A DNA stretch of 64,000 nt from Octopus vulgaris (Eukaryota). The stretch is taken from positions 1,612,001-1,676,000 of the forward strand of contig OX597835.1 in assembly GCA_951406725.2 (NCBI GenBank), in the 5' to 3' direction. The notes beneath the pieces were generated by a model. That model was not told the DNA's origin and did not search any database. It saw only the letters and a list, made by a program, of their open reading frames with translations. Numbering within the stretch: the first letter of the stretch is position 1; every line of letters begins with the position of its first letter. A program made the translations under genes and the position numbers. Shown piece by piece: positions 1 through 9,797 of this stretch.

Positions 1-72
1 GTCTGGGAATCAAAACCGCGATGCTACGACTGCGAGTCCGCTGCCCTAACCACTGGGCCATTGCACCTCCAT
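1..72 (-). mobile_element. tRNA(Arg-TCG-like)-derived SINE head, family C (cut by window edge)
   Basis: Reverse complement TGGCCCAGTGGTTAGGGCAGCGGACTCGCA...GGTTTTGATTCC has A and B boxes; same family at 16155-16346. Confidence 0.65.
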
Positions 73-1015
73 GTAAGTTATGTAAGCCCATATTTTTCAA
101 TAAAATCATTAACTCAATCCTAATGTTTTCTAGGGCAGCAGAGAAAGCAGGTCAGCCTTGATTGACCAGACTCCTATGATCAGAGGCATTGTACCTGTGA
201 CCACCTGGTCTTTTCTCTCATAGCTTATCTCAGACTGTATTATTATCAAGTATGTTCACCTTTGTCTTATTTAAAAGATGGTAGGCTGTCATTGATATAT
301 TTGCCTATTTCTAACTGATCGAATGATAAAATAGAGCCTCTTGCAATGGTTTGTATGGAAGTTAGCATTGCAGCCATGATGTGCAACAGAAAACCTGTTA
401 ACGGGTCTTCATGGCAGATCTAGCTTTGATTTCGGTCATTATCAATCAGCTTTCTATGATTGAGTGGATTGGGTACATTTTTTGTTTATTTCCATGGCAA
501 CAGCATCACCGAGGAGATCATCTAACTCACAAGACTAAAGAGTTCTTGGTATCTGTTTTTCTGCTGATAGCCATAAACAGTTGATTCAAAAGGGCAGAGA
601 ACAACCAGCTGGGAGAGAATTGGTGAATCATCTGCTATCTTTGTTCTCTGCTGGTGACAAGACATTCGGCTTTCAATTTACAGTCCACATTGTATGCAGT
701 TTGATAGTTTAGAGTGCTGACATCAAATTTGTTTATAGAATGTGTTAACACTGATAGACTGGGATTTAAATTGGCCCCCATATCTGGCCCAAATACTGTC
801 CCTGTTTTATGTCCAAAGTAGCAAGATCTGGCCTCTCACACCCACCCTACAATGTTATTCCAAAAAGATAAAATCAAATCACTGTAATCTTGAAGCATGA
901 TTAATTGAAAATAACGATTTCAAATTCTGGTACAAGGCCAGCAGGAGGGGGATAAAATTTCTCTGTTGAAATATGGTTTCAATGTTGTTTCAATTAATTT
1001 TGAAACTAATACTCT

Positions 1016-2398
1016 CTTACTCTTTTACTTGTTTTAGTCATTTGACTGCGGCCATGCTGGAGCACCGCCTTTAGTCGAGCAAATCGACCCCAGGACTTAT
1101 TCTTTGTAAGCCTAGTACTGAGGAATTACAACCGTGTTTCGTGGTCTGCTACCACAACAGCTCCTTTATAGGATCCAGTTAGCTCAAGACATCATCAGGA
1201 GGAACCACGTCCGGTTTTGGCCCCTACTCTTCTACCGCTTTGACGTAGCAGGGCATCCCCTTTAGGAGGTATCTTCAGCTCTGGTGTTGGGCGCATGTCT
1301 TCTTTCTTCTATTCCCTGGCCTCTTCGATGTATCGTCAGCGAGTGTCAGCCGGTGACTGACTGTCTTGTCAAATTTCTCCCTTTAAATACCTGCCGCATA
1401 GGCTCCAGCAGGCAGCCCCAACAAGTTGTCATGTGATACTGACTCACCTTAACTGACTAGTGAAGGCGCGTAGTTTTAGCCCATGCATTTTCTAAACGAC
1501 CGTCACCTGTCAGTCAGCTTGTCTCACCTAATGATGTTATTTCCCGTCTGCGTGTTTATGGCTTTCAAGCCATTTTCGGTTTTTCTGCTTCAGCCATATA
1601 TAGAAGCTGGCTTTTTCGACTGCCTCCTGTACTCTCCTTATTAGTTTACACAGCTTGGGGCTAGAAAAAACAAATCTTCTTTTGAAAAGCGTTGTCATTT
1701 TTTTTTCAATGAAGCCTCTAGCCCCCGCTGCCAGGTGATAATATTCGACATTCCATCCCTGTTCTCTGTATTCTTCGATTAGCTTTTCATACCTCTTCTC
1801 CTTTCGTTCCTCTGCATTGCCGATGTTTTCTTCCCAAGGTACTGTCAGTTCTAGTAAAATTCCCATTCTCCCGTCTCTGTTCCATAGAACTAAATCCGGT
1901 CTTTTTTGTTGTTTTTATTAGTGGAAATACTACTTGTCTTTCCAAATCCGTGGCCACCTCCCAGTATCCCTTCCATCTTTTGTCTATCTCGTATGCTTTA
2001 CTTGTAGGCCTGGTTTTATAACCTTTTCCCTCCTTGTGGAAGTATACTTTCCTGCGCTTTTCCACTTTTGGGTATTCTCCCCTATTGTACCTCTCAATCT
2101 TCTCCTTGAGTGCTGCGCTTATGACACCGAGGACTTGATTATGCCGCCATGTATATCTTTCAAGTGCTAGTCTGAACCACTAAGTTACGGCGATGTAAAC
2201 ACACCAGCATCGGTTGTCAAACAATGTTGGGGGACAAACACAGACACACAAACATATACACATACATATATATATACCAATCCACTCACAAGGCTTTGGT
2301 CAGCCCGAGGCTATAGTAGCCAAGGTGCCACGCAGTGGGACTGAACCCAGACCCATGTGGTTCGTAAGCAAGCTACTTACCACACAGCCACTCCTGCG
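1016..2398 (-). mobile_element. SINE family A interrupted by a HERO LINE fragment
   Basis: Tail half 1016-1119 and head half ~2173-2398 match intact copies such as 10225-10604. Confidence 0.8.
1120..2172 (-). mobile_element. HERO-clade (restriction-like endonuclease) non-LTR retrotransposon, 5'-truncated, frameshifted
   Basis: YTWRHNQVL near 2150-2130, then LELTVPWEE...ERKEKRYEKL...GARGF (ORF 1537-1866); 3' UTR runs to ~1120. Confidence 0.8.
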
Positions 2399-2689
2399 CC
2401 TAATGAAGAATTTTGTAAAATAACTTCTTATTATTAAACTGCTATTTGGAACTCTATTTAATTAACATCAAATTTTAATGGAAGGTTTTAAATTAGATAA
2501 CCTTAGAACACAAAGCACGTATCATAGAGCCAGGACTGATCTCAGTCTAGTTGATATCAAAAGGATTAGACTAGAAAGAAAAACTCAACAACCATTTCAA
2601 GAGTCCACTCAGTCCTTTAGTAATAAAGTTCTAAATCAACTTTGGCTAATTTCTTTTGTGCTAATTTTTATTTATTTATTTCCTTTCAG

Positions 2690-2711
2690 AATATTGGCAG
2701 TTCAGCAAATG
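2690..2711 (+). CDS. RNF4-like exon (22 nt, NIGSSAN)
   Basis: tcctttcag|...aatg|gtaaga; phase fits the next exon. Confidence 0.6.
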
Positions 2712-3921
2712 GTAAGAAAACTTCTTTAATTATCAAACTGGGTTGTTTTTATTTGAATAAAATTTTAATGTTTTCATTCAACATCAAATATTTTCCAGTT
2801 TTTTTGCCCTTTCTGACTTTCGCTTTTTTTCTTTCTTTTTGTCCTTTTGGAGCAACTTTTGTTATCACTATTTAACATTTCTCTCTCTCTCTCTCTCCCC
2901 ACACTAGGAACAGCATTAGTTTAAAATAAAATATTATATATACTCTTTTATTCTTTTACTTGTTTCAGTCATTTGAATGCAGTCATGCTGGAGTGGCTGT
3001 GTGGTAAGTAGCTTGCTTACGAACCACATGGGTCTGGGTTCAGTCCCACTGCATGGCACCTTGGGTAAGTGTCTTCTACTATAGCCTTGGGCCGACCAAA
3101 GCCTTGTGAGTGGATTTGGTAGACGGAAACTGAAAGAAGCCTGTCGTATATATGTGTGTATGTTTGTGTGTCCATGTTTGTCTCCTCACATTGCTTGACA
3201 ACCGATGGTGGTGTGTTTACGTCCCTGTAACTTAGCGGTTTGGCAAAAGAGACCGATAGAATAAGTACTAGGCTTCCAAAGAATAATTCCTGGGGTCGAT
3301 TTGCTCGACTAAAGGTGGTCCTCCAGCATGGCCACAGTCAAATGACTGAAACGAGTAAAAGAGTATATCTATAGAGAGAGGAAAATGTGAAATATATTAC
3401 GTTCTTTTAAAATTTTATTTTTTTTCCTCTTTTACAGATCCTATATTGATTTCTGATGAACCTATAATTGAGGTTAGTCAATGACTTTATTTTACCTTCT
3501 GTGTTTCCTCCAAACGTTATTGACAAAAAAATTTAGATAATTAGGAAAAAACAACTGAAATATTTTCATATTAGTTTTGTCTGTTACTGTGCCACGATAC
3601 TAACCTGTAATTTCTGTGTGAACATTCTGCGAGTCAAGTTGAAAGCAGTGTGTGTTGCAAATACTAAAAGCTAAAGCATTACTCACATCTGTAATGTGTT
3701 GGTAAATGAATTTTTATCAATCAACTCAGTGATTCTCAACCACTTTTTACCTTTGATCCCCTTTCATTCCTGTTTTTCTTGGACAGGCTCCCATGTACTT
3801 TTGATGTTTTAAAAATCCTATTTTCTATTAAATATTAAGAATTGTGTAAAACAAATTGTTACAATATTTTGTGTTTTGTAGAAGTATATATTAGTTTCAA
3901 ATATATATATATATATAGGTG

Positions 3922-3969
<48 letters not shown>

Positions 3970-4243
3970 AATTAGAAAAAAACCCACCTTTTATCAATTC
4001 AACAATGAAAAATTAAATTATACCATATAGAAAAATATTACATCCTATAGAAAAAAATTAAATATAAGATAAAAACATATACCAATGATTAAGTAATGTG
4101 CAAAATACTAAATAAAACATATATATTTGGTAAAATGACAATTATTATTATATATAAATGACATTATTATAATATATATATATATAGGTGTATACATACA
4201 TAGATATATATATGTGCATAAATACATATATATAGGTGCATGC

Positions 4244-4293
<50 letters not shown>

Positions 4294-5228
4294 TGCCCCC
4301 TCGTTATCGAGTATGCCCATTGCACGAAGCTTAACTGTTATTGGTGCTGTGATTGAATGTGACTTTTTAGCCCAGCTAAAGATCTACAAATAGCTTTTTA
4401 AGGCTACAGCCAGCCATTCAGTTGAGACTCACAGCACTATCAACAATCATAAATTAGTTAATCAATTTAATCAATCAATCAATGTTGTTATTGTGCAATG
4501 CCTGTGCAAGAAGATTTTTTTTAAAGTGAGGAAAGGCTGTGCCCTGAGTCAATCCCACTCACTAAGCAACAGCAGCCATAATCCGAAAAGAACAAGTCAA
4601 CATCATCGGTAACCGCTGAGCCGCAGGTTTTGTGTTGGAGTTATCCCAGTTACCTGAGCTACCTTCTCCTAGAAGGATGCCCTAACAAAGGCTAGGAGTC
4701 CTTCACTCCCAATGGTTTAACCGCGCGATCGGGTATTAAGTCCGATTATTTCTATGTCCCCGCGCATGATACAGTCTTAAGACATTTCTTGGATGGCCGT
4801 TGACACTCAAGAGTTCCTCTGCCCTTCGACAGGTTTTGTTTTTCATCCCGCAGGGTGTCCAATAAACATCCTCCTCACCAAGCAAGCTTGGTGGGGTTGC
4901 TGGTTTAGTTGCCAACGGCCCGGCCATGCAACAGGTTGTGCTGGGTTACATGTTACCAGTAGCACTCGAAAGTGACCTGACATACATATATGTAAGTTCA
5001 GCACAATTTAGATTCAGATGAATATGGTACTTAAGTTAAAGGCACCAGAATTTGGTATGGTATTATCCATATAAATCAAATGGGGTGATTATAATCAAAA
5101 TAAGCAACAAGGATATCCGAGGTAGTGTAGTACAATCATAGCATGAAACGATTGTACTATACTACCTTGGATATCCTTGTTGCTTATTTTGATTATATAT
5201 ACATATATATATATTGGTACATACATAT

Positions 5229-5259
<31 letters not shown>

Positions 5260-8200
5260 GGTGTAGAAGTAAATTAGTTATATTAATTTATTGCACATAT
5301 ATTTTAAAATCTTATATAATCTCCACTGAGGGCCATTTTCTTGTGAGGTGGTCATGGGGAAATCTGACCCTGAGGCAGATCCAGCTGGTTTCCTTGAACA
5401 TTTCCTCATCCAAGAAGAGGGTTGGCTTCATCACTTTGAGCCAGAGACAAAGAGACAACCAAGGTTATTTCATTTGCAGGGAAGGTGATGGCCTCAGTGT
5501 TTTGGGATGCAAAAGGCATTGTGTCTATTGACTATCTTCAAAAGGGTTACACCATCAATGGAGATTACTATAGCAACATGATGAGACAGTTACAGGAGGT
5601 TATCAAGAACAATCACTCAGGTAAACTGACGAGAGGGATCTTGCTTCGTCAGGTCAATGCTCCAGCATAAAAGTTCTTGCTTTCAAATGGCTGCTGTGTG
5701 ACTGTGTCCTTCAACTGGTTGATCACCCTCCTTATTTTAGTGATTTCGCTCTGACTATCATCTGTTCCCCAATGTGAAAAACCATTTCGCTGGGAACCAG
5801 TATCACAGTGATGATGATGATGATGTCATATCTGCTGTTGATGGCATTTTTGACCACCAGGATGAAAACTTGTTCACCAATGGGGATCCAAGCACTGCAA
5901 CATGGATGAAAGAAGTGTGTGGATCACAAAGGGAACTGTGTTGAAAAATTCACCTCATTTGCTCACATTCCATGAAGATGTCTTGGTCAACCTATAAACT
6001 TTTCAGCTGGCCCTCATATGCAGAAATATTTGCTTAGGAAAATTTTCAATCTTTGGAGTAGGTGTTGCCAGTCCCAACATTTGCACCTTGGGCAAATGTT
6101 TATTCTATAACCTTGGTCCAATCGAAGCCTTGTGAGTGGATTTGGTCGATGGAAACTGAAAGAAGCCCATCATATGATGTGCGTGTGTTACTGTCTCCTT
6201 GCCTTGACTTCATTCATCATCATCATCATTGATAATTGTAAATGAAAGTCGTCGTCATGCAACTGGTGTCCTTCGTTTTCAGTCTTCTGTTATACCAATG
6301 TCTGATTATGGGGGATTATCACCTTCCTTACAGCATCTGGCCGTAGAAAATCTGCCTCAACAAATTCCATCAGACCCACACTATCATGGACCGAGTGGAC
6401 ATTAAATGATGATGGAGCATGGAAAAGTGAGAGTCATTGGTGTAAATTAGCAAATTTTTCTCAATTATTTTTTCACACAATTCAGTATAATAGAAAAAAA
6501 AATTTCAATATTTTTATTGAATTCTAATTTTGCTTTTCTAAATTCTATTTTTACAGAACAGTTCAAATAGAGAAAATGTGGCGTCGACGTCAGAAACTGA
6601 ATCAGAGTAGGTTTTCAAAATCTGAATATCTGCCTTTTGTTTTTTTCTAATCTATTTTAATGAAGAAGGTACAGCATGGGCAAAAGGTTAAGTTTCACAA
6701 CCACAAAGTCTCAGGTTGGATCCTACCGTGTGGCATTTTGGGCAGATGTCATTTCCTAAAGCCTCTTGTTGACCCATATCTTGGGAGTAAAATTGGGTAG
6801 ATGGAAACTGTATGCAAGCCTGTCGGGTGGATTGTACTTGTAATACAAAATATATCCAACTGATTTTATCTGTGAATCACTTTAAGGGTACTCATGTCTG
6901 TAGAATGCTTGGCTATGTACATATTAATTCAGAAAGTAATTCATTTGAACAGCTGAATCCTTATTGACAAACAGCAAAGATACATGGTTACAATAATCTT
7001 CTTTGAAGGAGATACCCATTTGTATGTCTTGCTCATTTCCCATGTAGCATGTGGTTTAGTGTGCAATAAAGAATGTTGCACATCTACTATAAATGTACCC
7101 TGTAAACCAAACCAGGGCCAAAACTGGAGTGTGAGGCTTCTTGCTCCAAGTCTACAATAGCCCTTACCTATTCTGTCTTCCTTTCTAATTCTGCCAACTA
7201 AATCTGGCAGTTGGATTCAGCCTGCTGAAAAAGGCCTGCATCATAGCTATGAATAGAGCTTACAAACCAGAAATCTTTCCAATAAATAACTTTATATCAT
7301 ATTAGTCTCAGGTGCAAATATTTTCTCTGTGGTTTTCAAATCATAAATGATTCTAGAATTTTCCATTTTGTCTTTATTTGTAGATCACAAAGAACCTCCC
7401 CAGCAGCTCAGATCTGTCCATTGTGTTTGGAGACATTTGAAAATGTAATTATTATTTTCATTATACTTTTAGGACACTAAATTAGTTGAATTGTTAGCCT
7501 TGAGCACTCAATGTCCTCCAGCCATCTTCTCTGCCTACTGTTCCTAGAAGGATCAAGGAGGTAGAGCCCTCACAGGGTTCTGTCGGAAACGACCATCATT
7601 AGACTTTCTGACCAACTGAAACTATGGCTATTATCCAGCCATCTCACTCTTGGTCTAACTTTAGGTCTTCCTGCCATTTGGCCCAGCTTGAAGAATCTAT
7701 CTTGCAATTCTTTCCTGCTACATTCTAATCACATGTCTGTGGCTTCTCTGCTTGACCTGGAGAGATTCCCTGATCTCTGAGCTATGTACCCTGTTCTAAG
7801 TTTAAATACCCACTGTGATAACTACCTTTCATCCACCTGGTGGGATCAATAAATTAAAGTACCCGTCTAGTACTAAGATCAATTTAAGGGACTAACCCTG
7901 CCACCCTCCATTTATAGACCTTGTGATGCATGATAGAAGCTATAGTATTAACCCTTTAGCATTTAAACCAGTCATATCTGGCCCCAATATTCTATCGATT
8001 TATAAGAGGTTCCAGACCAACAGTGTCCAGAGAGTCAGTGTTGTACCTGTAAGGTAATTAAGAAAATATTAACTTCAATGAAAGGTGTTGTCTATGTTGT
8101 CCCAGTCTTGAGAGATTAATGGAGTTAGTGTCTGTGGGGCCAGAACATGAATCAGGGAGAGGTTGGTGGTTGTTATGTGTTTACAAATCAGTTGGAACAG

Positions 8201-8739
8201 CCGTCTTATGACCGTGCCAGTCCAGCTTGCTGGAAATGTTAGTATTCCATATAAAGGTTAGGAACTGAAGTATTTCCTGGCCCTAAAAAGTAAGTTAGGT
8301 GTATGGTAGGGCAAGTCTGTGTTGTCACCATGAAATTTCAACAGATTGCTCTGGTCTGGCGTTCCTAGAAAGTGTTGATGTTTTAGCATTTTTTTCCCTG
8401 TTCCCATTTTAACTTTAAAGATTAAGAATCTTAGTGATTTAAAACTAGATTACAAAGTTCATGAGAAACTTATCTTCTACACTTTAATAATAAGTAATTG
8501 TTTTGTCTATAATTGTTTGTTTGTTGTTTTGTTTTCTCATCTCCCTTCGTCTTCCTTTTTATTTAATGAATGTTTTGTTTTTGTTGTAGATCCGGAGTAA
8601 AAATATAAAATTTAGAGCCACATTATGCGGTCATATATTTTGTGAAATGTGTCTGTCAAAATGTCCCACTTTAAACTATAAATGTCCTGTGTGCCGTAAA
8701 CCAGTAAAACCAAAGCAATTTATCCATTTATTTCTGTGA
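2690..8739 (+). CDS. RNF4: RNF4-like SUMO-targeted RING E3 ubiquitin ligase, 3' part (5 exons; 5' exons probably upstream of the window)
   Basis: Exons 2690-2711, 3438-3472, 6557-6606, 7384-7444 and 8590-8739 all have AG/GT flanks and consistent phases. Spliced product: [105 protein letters not shown]. It has a C-terminal C3HC4 RING ending in a hydrophobic tail as in RNF4, and SIM-like PILISD. Orthology is not proven. Confidence 0.75.
2991..3365 (+). mobile_element. tRNA-derived SINE family A
   Basis: gtggctgtgtggtaagtagc...gggttcagtccc head (A/B boxes), internal (TG)n, tail atgactgaaacgagtaaaagagta. Confidence 0.85.
3438..3472 (+). CDS. RNF4-like exon (35 nt, [12 protein letters not shown]; SIM-like)
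   Basis: cttttacag|...gag|gttagt. Confidence 0.75.
4290..4980 (-). mobile_element. Probable internally deleted RTE-type retroelement (putative 5' UTR joined to 3' end)
   Basis: Minus strand encodes [15 protein letters not shown] (C2H2 remnant like that at 55.4-55.6 kb) near 4390-4345, followed by a short tail into (TA)n; CpG-rich non-coding upstream part. Confidence 0.4.
5470..6018 (+). mobile_element. Mariner transposase remnant (C-terminal catalytic region) with right end
   Basis: [31 protein letters not shown]..., DHPPY...SDYHLF..., [13 protein letters not shown]; stops and frameshifts. Confidence 0.85.
6557..6606 (+). CDS. RNF4-like exon (50 nt, Ser/Glu-rich linker)
   Basis: ttttacag|...caga|gtaggt. 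Confidence 0.75.
7384..7444 (+). CDS. RNF4-like exon (61 nt, first RING CxxC: [11 protein letters not shown])
   Basis: tttgtag|...aat|gtaatt. Confidence 0.85.
7500..7740 (-). mobile_element. RTE LINE 3' remnant
   Basis: Minus-strand HVIRM...GR...RPRVRWLD motif. Confidence 0.5.
8590..8739 (+). CDS. RNF4-like terminal exon (CGHIFCEMC...CPVCRK...FIHLFL*)
   Basis: ttgttgtag| acceptor, RING motif, TGA at 8737-8739; AATAAA at 9016 and 9162. Confidence 0.9.
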   Translation: MRSKNIKFRATLCGHIFCEMCLSKCPTLNYKCPVCRKPVKPKQFIHLFL

Positions 8740-9742
8740 ACAATAAGTTTTATTTTTTTTCTTCTTTCTTTCGTCATTTGCCAGCAATGGTCTTTAGAAT
8801 AAATTGGAAAAATGCTAATAATCTGAGTGGGACGGGGGATGAAATAAAACTTGAATGTACAAACCATAACATTGACACTCGATTTGGTTCCAGAAAATCG
8901 TTTTTTAAGTGAATTCCATCAGCTGCAATACTGCGTTGTATTGTTATTTTATGTATGATGTATATAAATCAGAATTTGAATATTAGAAACGGGTTTTAAA
9001 TACAAGAATATTTAAAATAAATTCGTATATATAAACATTTGTCAAATATGTACATAGATTTGATAAATTTTCGTTTTTAATCGTATTTGTGACCAACCCA
9101 CACCACCCCATCACTACCAGTCATAAACTTTTGCCATGTTTTGTACCCTCCCTCTCATTTAAATAAACTTTTTAAGAGACATTTCTTCCCTTTCACTTGA
9201 AATAATGAGAAAGTTGAGCTTCCTCAGCGAATTCCCATTTTAATACACTCACAGGAGACCCTAAGCTGTGGTGGCGGTTTTATCTATAGAATATGTTAAA
9301 TTGAATTAAATTATTTCCTTAGCTATGTTTGGATTGGATTTCCTTTTAAATGAAACTTTTATTAATTTTACAAACACAGTGAGACATGCAAATTGGTAGA
9401 TTTAATTAGAAAACTCATTTTGAAGATGCTCAAATAAATACTCCAGAAAGAAGCTTATCTTTAAACTCCTGAGTAATTTTATTTAAGTTATAAGATTAAA
9501 CTTTTAAAAAATAAAACATTGAAGGAGTGGATTTAAGAAGAGAAAAAGAAGTGTAGAAAAGGTAATTTTATGACCAAAAATACAGATGCACATTATGGAG
9601 ATGAGGTGTCAATAAAGTTATTAGACTCATGGAGGTGGTATTTTCTGGGTTTTTTTTTGATGTAGCTCACTGGTATTCTGGTAGGTCACTGATGTTCTAA
9701 TAAATTGACAGAACAGGATTCCACAGTGAAGCAAACACACAA

Positions 9743-9797
9743 TTAAGCAATAAAATCTAAAGGTCTGTTAAATCCTCCTCGTCTGTTCATGTATTGC
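9743..9797 (-). CDS. SNRNP27: SNRNP27 exon 8 (RQYMNRRGGFNRPLDFIA*)
   Basis: ctctccag| acceptor; TAA at 9745-9743; minus-strand AATAAA near 9483 and 9363. Confidence 0.93.

Noticed and set aside
134-150. Possible upstream RNF4-like microexon (ttttctag|...cag|gtcagc)
   Set aside because: The donor lies in what looks like a dispersed repeat (similar sequence near 27570-27630), and there is no protein-level support
5485-5670. SETMAR-like host gene
   Set aside because: No SET domain; the transposase is broken by stops and frameshifts
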